Shown in pieces: positions 10,219-20,321 of a stretch of DNA of 64,000 bases. Each line of letters begins with the position of its first letter. Within the stretch, counting starts at the first letter, position 1. A program made the position numbers and the translations under genes. Source of the DNA: Candidatus Azobacteroides sp. (GTDB lineage: Bacteria; Bacteroidota; Bacteroidia; Bacteroidales; WRGA01); contig JAJQEC010000056.1 in the NCBI GenBank assembly GCA_021201815.1, positions 5,926 to 69,925 on the forward strand, read 5' to 3'. Below the pieces are notes generated by a model, which ran no database searches, was not told where the DNA came from, and saw only the letters and a program-made list of their open reading frames with translations.

Positions 10219-12564
10219 ATGAGAAAGCATTTTTTTACACTATTTATTTTAATTCCAATCATTATGACCATGCAAGCAAATGACAATCCGTTTTTTTCAG
10301 ATTATGACACGCCTCATCAGACGCCTCCTTTTCATTTGATAAAAACGGAGCATTACGAACCGGCTTTTGAAGAAGGAATTATTCAGCATAATACAGAGAT
10401 AGAAGCAATAATAAATAATCCCGAAGAAGCTACTTTCTTTAACACGATAGAACCACTTGAACGATCAGGAGAATTACTCACTAAAGTTAGCAATGTGTTT
10501 TTCAATCTCTTAAGTGCGGAAAGTAATGATGAAATGGAAGAGATATCCCAGCGGATAAGTCCGAAACTATCCGAACATTCAAATAATATTTATCTGAATG
10601 AACAGCTTTTTGACCGTGTACGGGATGTATATATGAAAAAGAGTGATCTTGATCTTACAATTGAGCAGGATCGTTTGTTAGATGAAACATATGATATTTT
10701 CCTGAATAAAGGTGTAAATCTTCCTGCAGATAAAAAAGAGAAATACAGGGAATTAAGTGCGGAATTAAGTAAACTTACCCTTACCTTTGGACAAAATCTT
10801 TTAAAAGAAACAAATGCATATAGATTACATATCACAGATATCAGTCAATTGGCCGGATTGCCTCACAGTGCACTGGAAGCAGCAGAATATAAAGCAAAAA
10901 AAAAAGAATTGAAGGGATGGGTTTTTGATTTGTCAGCTCCCAGTTATGTTCCTTTCATGAAATATGCAGATAATAGGGAATTGCGAAAAGAGTTATATCT
11001 TGCCTATAATACCCGTTGTATTAAAGGGAATGAAACAGATAACAGAGAGATTGTATCCCGTATTGTTAATCTTCGTAGGGAGATTGCTCAACTAATGGGA
11101 TATGACGACTATGCAAAATATGTTCTTCGTCGTCGAATGGCAAAGACAGAAGATAGAGTATATAATCTTCTGAATGAATTATTAGCAGCTTATAAGCCGG
11201 TTGCCATGGAAGATTATAATGATGTGAACGCATTTGCAAATATGCAGGAAGGGGAAGATTTTGAAGTGATGCCTTGGGATTGGGCTTATTATTCCGATAA
11301 ATTGAAAAATTCCCGTTTTGACATTAATGATGAGATGTTAAAACCTTATTTTAAACTGGAAAATGTAATTAATGGGGTTTTCCGATTAGCAAATGAATTA
11401 TATGGTGTTGTTTTCAATAAAAGTATTGAAATTCCTACTTATCATCCGGAAGTGGAAGCATATGAGGTATTTGATACGAATGGTCGTTTTTTAGCTGTTT
11501 TGTATACGGATTTTCATCCTCGTGAAGGAAAAAGGGCAGGAGCATGGATGACTTCTTATAAAGGGCAGTATAAAAAAGATGGAATTGATAGTCGACCTCA
11601 GGTTTCCCTGGTAATGAATTTTACTCGTCCTACAGATTCCAAGCCCGCTTTGCTTACTTATGATGAAGTAAATACATTTCTTCATGAATTCGGTCATGGA
11701 TTACATGGTATGTTTGCAGAAGGTACTTATGAAAGTCTTTCCGGCACAAATGTATACTGGGATTTTGTAGAATTGCCTTCTCAGATTATGGAAAATTGGG
11801 GAAATGAAAGAGCTTTCCTTGATCAATTTGCAAAGCATTACGAAACAAATGAATTGATTCCGGCCGAAATGGTGGAACGTTTGAAAAAGTCTGAAAATTT
11901 CAATGTGGGGTATGCTTGTTTGCGACAATTGAGTTTTGGTTTACTGGATATGGCGTGGTACACAATGCAAAAGCCTTTTTCAGGTGATGTAATGGAATTC
12001 GAACAGGAAGCCTGGAAAGATGCCATGGTATTACCTGCGGTAGAAGGAACATGTATGAGTACTCAGTTCAGTCATATATTCTCCGGAAGATATGCAGCCG
12101 GTTATTATAGTTACAAATGGTCTGAAGTTCTTGATGCGGACGCTTTTTCAGTATTTAAGCAATATGGTATTTTTAATAAGAATATAGCTAATTCTTTCCG
12201 TCAGAATATTTTATCAAAAGGAAATACCGAAGATCCGATGACATTGTTTATAAATTTCAGAGGACAAGAACCTTCTATTCATGCCTTGTTGGAAAGAGAT
12301 GGTATTCTTTCTAGAAATCTGGATAAAATGTTGGATGAATATGAGGGCATTATGGAAAGCTACATTCAGCTTATAGATGAAATTAAAAAAGAGAAAAGTC
12401 GTAATAAGCGGGATGTAAAACTAAAAGAGTTAGGAGAATTAACTCCGGAAATTCAGAAAATAACCAGAAGTATATCAGAAATATCCGTTGGTCTGACTTT
12501 GGAGCAGACAGCTAAGTTAGAACGAATTTCTGAGAAACTGGAAAATGCAAAAATTTCCCAGTAG
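10219..12564 (+). CDS. dcp: M3 family peptidyl-dipeptidase Dcp with signal peptide and an extra C-terminal tail
   Basis: Zinc motif HEFGHGLHG and M3 signature blocks throughout. The family-typical end (...SIHALLERDGI) is followed by about 86 further residues. Confidence 0.85.
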   Translation: MRKHFFTLFILIPIIMTMQANDNPFFSDYDTPHQTPPFHLIKTEHYEPAFEEGIIQHNTEIEAIINNPEEATFFNTIEPLERSGELLTKVSNVFFNLLSAESNDEMEEISQRISPKLSEHSNNIYLNEQLFDRVRDVYMKKSDLDLTIEQDRLLDETYDIFLNKGVNLPADKKEKYRELSAELSKLTLTFGQNLLKETNAYRLHITDISQLAGLPHSALEAAEYKAKKKELKGWVFDLSAPSYVPFMKYADNRELRKELYLAYNTRCIKGNETDNREIVSRIVNLRREIAQLMGYDDYAKYVLRRRMAKTEDRVYNLLNELLAAYKPVAMEDYNDVNAFANMQEGEDFEVMPWDWAYYSDKLKNSRFDINDEMLKPYFKLENVINGVFRLANELYGVVFNKSIEIPTYHPEVEAYEVFDTNGRFLAVLYTDFHPREGKRAGAWMTSYKGQYKKDGIDSRPQVSLVMNFTRPTDSKPALLTYDEVNTFLHEFGHGLHGMFAEGTYESLSGTNVYWDFVELPSQIMENWGNERAFLDQFAKHYETNELIPAEMVERLKKSENFNVGYACLRQLSFGLLDMAWYTMQKPFSGDVMEFEQEAWKDAMVLPAVEGTCMSTQFSHIFSGRYAAGYYSYKWSEVLDADAFSVFKQYGIFNKNIANSFRQNILSKGNTEDPMTLFINFRGQEPSIHALLERDGILSRNLDKMLDEYEGIMESYIQLIDEIKKEKSRNKRDVKLKELGELTPEIQKITRSISEISVGLTLEQTAKLERISEKLENAKISQ

Positions 12565-12634
12565 TTTAATCCTTTGTTGTTTAAAATATTGATTGCAAAA
12601 AGAAGAGAAATATAGAACTATAATAAATTTGTAT

Positions 12635-13474
12635 ATGGGATTATTTGATAAACTTTTTGGAAAGTCAGAAAAGAAAAAAGAAAGTCCGGAGCCAGAAAGA
12701 AAGTATGTCGGACACAAACAAGAATGGGATTCTTATCTGACTCATGTGGATCAGGTAATTGGTTCTATTATGCTGGATCTTGGTTTGTATGAAATAGCTC
12801 CTCTAAAAGATAGATCTACATGTATCTGGTTGGCCGTGACAATGAATAATCCTAGAGAAGATGGCTTATCAAGCAATGAAGAAAGTAAAACTTTATATGA
12901 AATAGAAGATGAGTTGGTTTCCAATCTTGTAAAAAAACATAATGCTGTTTTTGCCGGTAGACTGACTTCTAATAAAGTAAGAAGTTTTTATTTTTATGTG
13001 AATGATCCCACATCTTATGACAGAACTATTGCTTCCTGTATGAATAAGTTTGCTAATTACTCTTATGATTATGGAAAAAAAACAGATAAAGATTGGGAAG
13101 GGTATTTTGACTTTTTATATCCGTTACCTGAGCAATATCAGTCAATGTTGAACCGGAGAGTTATTCATAATATGGAGAAAAATGGTGATGATCTTGTTAC
13201 CCCCCGGGAAGTCGATCATTTTTTATATTTTAAATCTGATAAAGATATGGGCGCTTTTTTGGCAGCTATTGAAGATAAAGATTTCAAAATTATAAACAAA
13301 GGAAAAAAAGAAGATGCCAGCGACGAGTATGCTTATCAACTGAATATTTCCCGAACAGATAAAATAGACTACCAAAGTATAGATGAGTATGTACTGGATT
13401 TATGGCACTTAGCAAGAGAAAATAACGGGATTTATGATGGCTGGGGAAGTGTCATTATAAAGAAGGAAGATTAA
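12635..13474 (+). CDS. DUF695 + RraB-like (regulator of RNase E activity B fold) domain protein
   Basis: The C-terminal half REVDHFLYFKSDKDMGAFLAAIEDKDFKII...YQLNISRTDKIDYQSIDEYVLDLWHLARENNGIYDGWG matches the RraB-type pattern. Start placed at ATG 12635, because the track start at 12593 is TTG. Confidence 0.6.
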   Translation: MGLFDKLFGKSEKKKESPEPERKYVGHKQEWDSYLTHVDQVIGSIMLDLGLYEIAPLKDRSTCIWLAVTMNNPREDGLSSNEESKTLYEIEDELVSNLVKKHNAVFAGRLTSNKVRSFYFYVNDPTSYDRTIASCMNKFANYSYDYGKKTDKDWEGYFDFLYPLPEQYQSMLNRRVIHNMEKNGDDLVTPREVDHFLYFKSDKDMGAFLAAIEDKDFKIINKGKKEDASDEYAYQLNISRTDKIDYQSIDEYVLDLWHLARENNGIYDGWGSVIIKKED

Positions 13475-13525
13475 TTTCTATTGAGAGTTTCTAATGTAAA
13501 TTTTAACCTGTTTTTCGAATATAAA

Positions 13526-14023
13526 ATGAAGCATCTAATCAGTTTAATGGTAGTATTTATTTATTTTTGTTTTTCTGTATGGGCAGCAGATACTGATTCT
13601 ACTATGATAAATTTTAAGGTAATAGTTCCGGATTCCGTGGAAGTAAATGAAACCTTCAGGATCGTATTTGAAATAAATACAGAGGAAGGAAAAGTAGTTA
13701 AATTCCCTGATTTTAAGGGTTTTAAAGTAATATCCGGCCCTAGTAAATCTTCTTCTCTTTCAACGATTATGCAAAACGGAATAATAACTAAAGATTTCAA
13801 AATTTCTTATACCTACATATTAATAGCTGAAAAAGAAGGAGAGTTCTTTATTGAACCGGCTTCTATCTTGGTAGATGATGTTGAATATGAAACAGAAAGT
13901 GTTTCTATTAAAGTGGTAAAAGAAATAACAAACAGACCCTCAGGAAATAGAAAATACAGAGAAGAAAGACCTCAGGAAAGAAAACGGGAAAAGAAAAATG
14001 ATCCGGATGTGATTTTTATATAA
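13526..14023 (+). CDS. short BatD-N-terminal-like secreted protein (possibly truncated)
   Basis: Signal peptide MKHLISLMVVFIYFCFSVWA. BatD-like block FKVIVPDSVEVNETFRIVFEIN...FKVISGPSKSSS...YTYILIAEKEGEFFIEPASILVDD. Ends in a basic tail after about 165 aa, whereas BatD proteins are several-fold longer. Confidence 0.5.
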   Translation: MKHLISLMVVFIYFCFSVWAADTDSTMINFKVIVPDSVEVNETFRIVFEINTEEGKVVKFPDFKGFKVISGPSKSSSLSTIMQNGIITKDFKISYTYILIAEKEGEFFIEPASILVDDVEYETESVSIKVVKEITNRPSGNRKYREERPQERKREKKNDPDVIFI

Positions 14024-14033
14024 TAAAGAAATA

Positions 14034-14079
14034 ATAAAAAAAGGCTGAAAATAATAAAATTCATTTTCAGCCTTTTTTA
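14034..14079. terminator. bidirectional rho-independent terminator
   Basis: Stem aaggctgaaaat (14041-14052) / attttcagcctt (14063-14074), flanked by an A tract on the left and a T tract on the right. It lies between convergent genes. Confidence 0.75.
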
Positions 14080-14101
14080 TGCAAGAAGACAATTGGTCTA
14101 A

Positions 14102-14434
14102 TTATAATTTGTCTTTTTCTTTTGTTGGGTTTTTGTGATATACTTTTCCTTCTACATATTCCTGTGCAGCAATGAGTGTTGCTTTAGGAAGTTTTTCGTA
14201 ATATCGTGAAATTTCTATTTGCTCACGGTTTTCAAAGATTTCTTCCAGATTATCATTATAAGAAACAAAATCCTGTAATTTTTTCCCAAAATCACTTTTA
14301 ATAGCTTCGCTTACCTGATTTGCCCGTTTACCGATAATACGTACTGTCTCATATACATTTCCTGTATCACTGGACAATTGCATCATATCCCGGGGAATAG
14401 TGCTCGTTGGAGCATTTGTTTTTCTGTAATCCAT
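14102..14434 (-). CDS. rpoZ: DNA-directed RNA polymerase subunit omega (Bacteroidetes long form)
   Basis: 110 aa. The block NVYETVRIIGKRANQV is the omega core helix. The position immediately downstream of bamD is consistent with this call. Confidence 0.7.
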   Translation of the reverse strand: MDYRKTNAPTSTIPRDMMQLSSDTGNVYETVRIIGKRANQVSEAIKSDFGKKLQDFVSYNDNLEEIFENREQIEISRYYEKLPKATLIAAQEYVEGKVYHKNPTKEKDKL

Positions 14435-14449
14435 ATAAATAATTTTATT

Positions 14450-15262
14450 TTAACTTTCTATTTCCAGTTTGCTGGTTATTTTTGATAGTATCTGTTCAGC
14501 TTCTTTCCTGTATTTTCCATCAGGAAATTCTCCTATATATACATAATATTCATCGACAACTTCTCTGTACCTGCTTTGTTCTTTTTCTTTCACGCTATGG
14601 AGTGCTTGCTGATATTTGGAACGCAGAATCAAAATGAAGAAATCTTCTTTGTACTTTGAATATGGGTAGTCTTTTAGTGCGTTTTGTGAAACAATAATAC
14701 AACTTATATAGTTATTTCCTCCATAATTTCCTAAGTTATAATATAATTGAGAATTCATTAATGCTTTTTTTGCTAATTTTTCCTGCAGATCAAAAATAAT
14801 ATCTAGCACTTCCTGTTGACGCTCACTATTCGGATAATATTCCAGAAAAGTTTGTAATTCACTGAGTGCCCTATAAGTTGTAGATTGATCTAATTCTGTC
14901 TGAGGAGAATCAAGATAATAACCGTATCCATTGTAGAATCTTGCTAATTCAGCATATTCTCCTCTCGGATATGTTGTAAAATAAGTTGAGAAATACTGGG
15001 AGGCAGTAATATAGTCTTTTTGTTCGTAATAACTACGGGCTAATAAATACAACGACTCTTCCGCTTTATCAGTACCTTTAAAATAAGGCACTAGTTCTGT
15101 GAGAATATAAGCGGATTTATCATATTTTTTTTCACTGAAATATTTTTTTGCGTAACTATATTTTAATTCAGGATCAGTAATTTTTAATACTTTATTATAT
15201 TCTCCACAAGAAGCAGTAAGCAATACAAAAATAAAAAAATAAACTAAGTTTTTAATTTTCAT
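14450..15262 (-). CDS. bamD: outer membrane protein assembly factor BamD (TPR lipoprotein)
   Basis: Lipobox LLTASCGEY and TPR-like repeats (YSYAKKYFSEKKYDKSAYIL, YLLARSYYEQKDYITASQYF). Length is 270 aa. Confidence 0.8.
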   Translation of the reverse strand: MKIKNLVYFFIFVLLTASCGEYNKVLKITDPELKYSYAKKYFSEKKYDKSAYILTELVPYFKGTDKAEESLYLLARSYYEQKDYITASQYFSTYFTTYPRGEYAELARFYNGYGYYLDSPQTELDQSTTYRALSELQTFLEYYPNSERQQEVLDIIFDLQEKLAKKALMNSQLYYNLGNYGGNNYISCIIVSQNALKDYPYSKYKEDFFILILRSKYQQALHSVKEKEQSRYREVVDEYYVYIGEFPDGKYRKEAEQILSKITSKLEIES

Positions 15263-15408
15263 TTGTTTTGTTGGTTATTCCTTTTGATTTTATTCTAACG
15301 GAAAAATATGCTTCCTGGTATATTCATATACCTACTGGCATAACATATGTTTAAATTGGGTGTAAAATTACTTAAATGAACTGAATAAATAAAATAAATC
15401 TGAAAAAA

Positions 15409-16425
15409 TTAAGTATTTTTCAACACTCCGATACCAGGAGCATCAGTCGGTATTACTTTTCCATTTTTTACTTTAGCTCCGGTAAAACAATCATTTGATA
15501 TTAATAGATTTCCATCCAGATCAATATAATCAACTAAAGAAGCAATCTGTGAAGCAGCTGATATAGCACAAGATGTTTCCACCATACAACCCAGCATGAT
15601 CAATAACCCTTCTTTTCTTGCTTCCTCGATAATTTTTCTTGCTTCACTTAAACCGCCACATTTCATTAGTTTAATATTAATTCCGGAAAAGCTATTTTTT
15701 ATTTTTTTTAAATCATCTAAATGTTGAAAGGATTCATCGGCAAAAGTAGGAATCGGACTGTGGGAAGTAAGCCATGCCATATCCTCTGCTTTTTCTTTAG
15801 GTAAAGGTTGTTCTACAAATACAATATTTTGTTCTTTGCACCAATGTAGCATATCCAGTGCATAAAATTTGTCACTCCATCCTTGGTTTATATCTGCACA
15901 TATCGGTTTATCAGTAACAGAACGAATTGTTTCTATTATGGTTTTATCCTCTTCAGAACCTAGTTTAACCTTTATTAAATCGTAATTTGCTGCCTCTTTT
16001 GCTTTTTCAATTACCCTGTGAGGTTTATCAATACCTATAGTAAAAGAAGTAGATGGAGCCATATCTGGTTTAAGATCCCATATTTCATAACACGGTTTTT
16101 CTTTTATTTTACCAAATAAATCATGCAATGCAATATCTAATGAGGCTTTTGCTGCATAATTTTCTGGTATAAGATGATGGATATATTCCAGAATTTCTTC
16201 CAGATTAAAATTAGAAGAAAAGGAAGAAAAATTTACTTTTTCCAGAAATAAAGATACGGATTCCGGAGTTTCTTTGAGATAGGGAGGGAGAGAAGCCTCT
16301 CCATATCCTGTGAAGTTTTCATAATTAATTTCCGTTAGTATAGTGGGAGTAAATTTTCTGGAAGATTGAGAAAGATTAAATACTGTTTTAAGTTCCAGAT
16401 TATAGGAATAATAAGTTAATTTCAT
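15409..16425 (-). CDS. dipeptide epimerase (L-Ala-D/L-Glu epimerase-like, enolase superfamily)
   Basis: KxK motif LIKVKLG, metal-ligand regions ADINQGW and FVEQPL, and C-terminal DLDGNLL. Length is 338 aa. Confidence 0.8.
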   Translation of the reverse strand: MKLTYYSYNLELKTVFNLSQSSRKFTPTILTEINYENFTGYGEASLPPYLKETPESVSLFLEKVNFSSFSSNFNLEEILEYIHHLIPENYAAKASLDIALHDLFGKIKEKPCYEIWDLKPDMAPSTSFTIGIDKPHRVIEKAKEAANYDLIKVKLGSEEDKTIIETIRSVTDKPICADINQGWSDKFYALDMLHWCKEQNIVFVEQPLPKEKAEDMAWLTSHSPIPTFADESFQHLDDLKKIKNSFSGINIKLMKCGGLSEARKIIEEARKEGLLIMLGCMVETSCAISAASQIASLVDYIDLDGNLLISNDCFTGAKVKNGKVIPTDAPGIGVLKNT

Positions 16426-16467
16426 TGATATTGGGGGTAAATAAATTCATTATAAAGTGTATACATA

Positions 16468-17172
16468 TTATATGGATTCCAGACTAATGAAAAAGGCACC
16501 TGTGGTTTGCCTTAATTTATTAAAAAGAGCCGTCAGGGATACTCTGCTAGGAACTGCGATCATAAAAGTTGCAGTTCCTGTGTTTGTTTCAAAATTTTCA
16601 GAAATGGAAGTTGAAAAAATAAATATATTGTTTTCTTTTAAAATCTTTTCAATGGAAGTTAGCTCCATATCGATATGATTAAATTGTATCAGAAGCTTTT
16701 TTCTGGAAGTATCAAGCTGCATTTTACTTTCAATACGTTCCAGACTGCTTAATATAAAAAGAAGCATGAAGCTGCTTATCAATGCAAGTGTATACAAACC
16801 TACTCCTATGGTAAGACCTATACCAGCCATCATAAAGATTCCGGCTGCTGTGGTAAGGCCTCTTATTACTCCTCCTTTATTCTGAAAGATAACACCCGCT
16901 CCTAAAAAACCTACTCCTGTAACTACTTGTGCTGCAATTCTTGCCGGATCACTGGTCAGTGAATAGGAGTTGGAGACATAAATAGAAACAATCATTATTA
17001 AAGTTGAAGCAAGACAAATCAGGGCAAAAGTTCTTACTCCCGCCGCATGATTTCTTAGTTGCCGTTCAAATCCGACAAGGCATCCCAGAAAAAAACTTAG
17101 AAGCATCCGGAAAATAGTGGTTGAGAGAGTTATTTCTTCACTTTTTATAATTTCAACTAACCAGTCTTTCAT
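16468..17172 (-). CDS. MgtC/SapB family membrane protein
   Basis: MgtC pattern GFERQLRNHAAGVRTFALICLAST, several TM helices and a soluble C-terminal domain. Confidence 0.8.
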   Translation of the reverse strand: MKDWLVEIIKSEEITLSTTIFRMLLSFFLGCLVGFERQLRNHAAGVRTFALICLASTLIMIVSIYVSNSYSLTSDPARIAAQVVTGVGFLGAGVIFQNKGGVIRGLTTAAGIFMMAGIGLTIGVGLYTLALISSFMLLFILSSLERIESKMQLDTSRKKLLIQFNHIDMELTSIEKILKENNIFIFSTSISENFETNTGTATFMIAVPSRVSLTALFNKLRQTTGAFFISLESI

Positions 17173-17304
17173 ATTATACGAATAGGAATTTGAGTAAAAT
17201 CATAAACAAAAATACAATAAAGTGTCTGCCTTGCCAAATATTATTAAATTTACAATTTTAAAAATAGAGCTTTCTCTACTAAAACCGGAATAGAAACATT
17301 TAAA

Positions 17305-18108
17305 ATGACAGAAAAGATAGAAAATAAAGATCGATATGTCTTAATAACAGGAGCTTCCGGTGGTATTGGGCTGGAATTTTCTAAGGTGGCAGCCCGGAAC
17401 CGGTTTAATTTAATCCTGATTGCCAGAAATACAGAAAAATTGACTGCTATCAAAAATCAGTTGGAGAATCAATATGAAGTTCAGATACATATTTTTTCAT
17501 GCGATCTTTCCTCAGTAAATGCTGTTTCATTAATTAAAGATTTTTTATTTCAGGAGAAGTTTAAAATAGATATTTTGATTAATAATGCCGGATTTGGTTT
17601 ATATGGGGAATTTAAGGATACAAATTCTGAAAAAGAGACGGAAATGTTACAATTAAATGTTGTGGCACTTACCCAGTTAACAAAAGTAATATATCAACAA
17701 ATGCAAAAAGAAAAGAAAGGAAAAATCCTGAATATTTCTTCTGTAGCTGGTTTTTTCCCGGGACCGTTAATGTCGGTATATTATGCCTCCAAAGCATATG
17801 TTCTTTCTTTTTCACAGGCACTGGCGGAAGAAGCAAAAGGTAGTGGCGTTACTATTACGGTTCTATGCCCGGGACCAACATTATCCGGTTTTGAAGAAAG
17901 GGCTCATTTATCTTCTTCTATGTTATTTAAAAGTTTTGGGAAATTACCTTCTGCACAGGATGTAGCAGAATATGGATTTAAAAAGATGCAGCAGGGTAAG
18001 CGATGCGCGATCTATGGATGGAAAAATAAATTAATGGTTTTCGGAAGTCATTTTTTATTCGGCAATACAATTTCTTCTATTGTAAAATATGTCCAACGAA
18101 CTATATAA
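17305..18108 (+). CDS. SDR family oxidoreductase
   Basis: Cofactor motif TGASGGIG, NNAG, and catalytic YASKA (YxxxK). Confidence 0.85.
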   Translation: MTEKIENKDRYVLITGASGGIGLEFSKVAARNRFNLILIARNTEKLTAIKNQLENQYEVQIHIFSCDLSSVNAVSLIKDFLFQEKFKIDILINNAGFGLYGEFKDTNSEKETEMLQLNVVALTQLTKVIYQQMQKEKKGKILNISSVAGFFPGPLMSVYYASKAYVLSFSQALAEEAKGSGVTITVLCPGPTLSGFEERAHLSSSMLFKSFGKLPSAQDVAEYGFKKMQQGKRCAIYGWKNKLMVFGSHFLFGNTISSIVKYVQRTI

Positions 18109-18146
18109 AAAACACCTGCTTTTAATTAAAAAAACAGGTGCTTTTA
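18107..18146. terminator. bidirectional terminator between SDR gene and tpx
   Basis: Hairpin cacctg(c)tttt / aaaa(a)caggtg, with an A tract upstream and CTTTT downstream. Confidence 0.6.
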
Positions 18147-18161
18147 TTATGTGATAAAAAA

Positions 18162-18660
18162 TTAAATTACATCAAGAGCAGCTTCATAATCCGGTTCATC
18201 GGTAATTTCAGATACTAATTCTTCATATATGATTTTTCCCTCTTTATCAATTACAAAGACAGCACGGGCTAATAAACCTGTTAAAGGTCCGCTTTCAATA
18301 AGTACTCCATAATCTTTTTCAAATTCGGTGTTGCGGAAAGTAGAAGCTGTAACTACATTATTAATTCCTTCCGTGGTACAAAAACGGGCGTGAGCAAAAG
18401 GCAAATCTTTGGAAATAGCTAATATCACTACATCTGTTTTTTTTTGCAGCTTCTACATTAAATTTTCTTACACTGGTTGCACATACACTAGTATCAAGGC
18501 TCGGAAAAATATTTAAAACTATTTTCTTTCCTTTATAATCACTAAGTGAAACGGGAGAAAGATCTTTTCCTACTAATTCAAATGCAGGAGCTATATCTCC
18601 TATTTGAGGAAATTTCCCTCTGATTTTAATCGGAGCTCCGGTAAATTTTACTTCAGGCAT
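18162..18660 (-). pseudogene. tpx: thiol peroxidase Tpx interrupted by a +1 frameshift in a homopolymer
   Basis: Two overlapping ORFs. The N-terminal part contains [26 protein letters not shown]. The C-terminal part contains [32 protein letters not shown]...ITDEPDYEAALDV. Removing one base from the T9 run at 18437-18445 (A9 in sense) restores [18 protein letters not shown]. Confidence 0.85.
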
Positions 18661-18780
18661 AATTAAATAAATGTTTATTAATAATATAAATTAAAAAATG
18701 CATACATAGTTTTGACTTTCTCCTTTTTTCCTCGCACTAACTTTCTAATCTTTTCCTAATTTAGACATTTTGATATCAGA

Positions 18781-19809
18781 TTAGTTATTTTCCATAACAT
18801 GGAGCTGCCACTTCCATGCGGAAAGCAACGTATCTTCTACAGATTCTTTCGCAGTCCAGCCTAATTCTTTATTTGCAAATTCCGGATCGGCCCATACCTT
18901 TTCAATATCTCCTTCTCTACGTCCTACTATTTTATAGGGTAGTTTTACACCGGTAACCTTTTCAAAAGTTTGAATAATTTCCAGTACAGATAACCCTTTT
19001 CCTGTACCCAGATTAAATATCTCTACCGGCTTTTTCATTTTATTTTCCAGCATTCTTGTTACTGCGATTACATGGGCTTTTGCTAAATCCACAACATTAA
19101 TATAATCTCTGATACAAGAGCCATCAGGAGTATTATAATCATCTCCGAATACACTTAATTCTTTACGAAGTCCGGCAGCAGTCTGGGTTACAAAAGGCAC
19201 TAAATTCTGCGGTACTCCTAATGGAAGTTCTCCGATTTCCGCAGATGGATGTGCTCCGATCGGATTAAAATAACGTAAAATAATACTTTTAAGAGAAGCT
19301 CCAGAATGTACTGTATCTTGTATAATTTCTTCGGCAATTTGTTTAGTATTACCATAGGGAGAAAGAGCCGGTTTAATAGGTGCATTTTCAGTTACCGGTA
19401 ATGTATCAGGCTGACCATACACAGTACAGGAAGAAGAAAAAACAAAAGACTCAATATTGAATTCTGGCATTAATTCCAATAAGTTTAATAATGAATCAAG
19501 GTTGTTTCTGTAATACAATAACGGCTTTTGAACAGATTCTCCCACAGCCTTACTGGCTGCAAAATGAATAATTCCGTTAATTCCCGGATATTGGGAAAAT
19601 AAATTTCTCATTTCCTCTTTGTCTGTACAATCTAATTCCTTGAAAATTGGTCGGATACCTGTAATTTTTTCAATGCCATCTACCACATTTTTATTGGAAT
19701 TAGACAAATTATCTATAATAATTACTTCATACCCGGCATTTTGTAACTCTACGACAGTATGAGAACCAATATATCCGGTTCCTCCTGTTACTAAAATTTT
19801 TCCTTTCAT
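18781..19809 (-). CDS. galE: UDP-glucose 4-epimerase
   Basis: Motifs ILVTGGTGYIGSH and catalytic YGNTKQ. Length is 342 aa. Confidence 0.9.
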   Translation of the reverse strand: MKGKILVTGGTGYIGSHTVVELQNAGYEVIIIDNLSNSNKNVVDGIEKITGIRPIFKELDCTDKEEMRNLFSQYPGINGIIHFAASKAVGESVQKPLLYYRNNLDSLLNLLELMPEFNIESFVFSSSCTVYGQPDTLPVTENAPIKPALSPYGNTKQIAEEIIQDTVHSGASLKSIILRYFNPIGAHPSAEIGELPLGVPQNLVPFVTQTAAGLRKELSVFGDDYNTPDGSCIRDYINVVDLAKAHVIAVTRMLENKMKKPVEIFNLGTGKGLSVLEIIQTFEKVTGVKLPYKIVGRREGDIEKVWADPEFANKELGWTAKESVEDTLLSAWKWQLHVMENN

Positions 19810-19816
19810 TTGATAA

Positions 19817-20287
19817 TTATTCTATATCTGATAATAAATTTTTTATGAAACTATCTAATTCCTTATCCAGGTCTTTTAATAATTTTTCTTCTGTATATAT
19901 TCTATCGGTATCCATTAAAATGAAATTTAATAAGACATGTTCTTCTTCATCTGCAATAAGTAAGGTCAGAGGAGGTAAAAAGTTTGCCTGTTCGAAAAGT
20001 TTTTTGCTTCTACAATTTATAGCAGCTTCTTTTATAAGTCTGACACCATTGGAGTAGAAAAAATCCAGATAATCCGAATTCTCAAATATTTCTTCCAGAT
20101 AAATTTGTTTTAAGAACTTTTTCTGGCCATCATAAATGGATAAAGTATTTCTGGATTTATTTATTTGAACATATAAATCATTAATAACAAGAGAAGAATA
20201 ATCTTTTTCTAATGATTTAATTATTTCACTTAATTTTGTTTCCAGTACAAATCTGATTTTTTTGGATTTTTCTTTCATAATACTCAA
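19817..20287 (-). CDS. hypothetical protein
   Basis: 156-aa ORF ending 8 bp upstream of galE on the same strand. No motif recognised. Confidence 0.55.
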   Translation of the reverse strand: MSIMKEKSKKIRFVLETKLSEIIKSLEKDYSSLVINDLYVQINKSRNTLSIYDGQKKFLKQIYLEEIFENSDYLDFFYSNGVRLIKEAAINCRSKKLFEQANFLPPLTLLIADEEEHVLLNFILMDTDRIYTEEKLLKDLDKELDSFIKNLLSDIE

Positions 20288-20321
20288 GTTTTAAAGATTT
20301 TTTCCAGTAAATAAAACTACT

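Noticed and set aside
10029-10286. 85-aa minus-strand ORF overlapping the dcp start region
   Set aside because: It lies in an AT-rich promoter region and overlaps the dcp signal-peptide codons on the opposite strand. No homology is recognisable.
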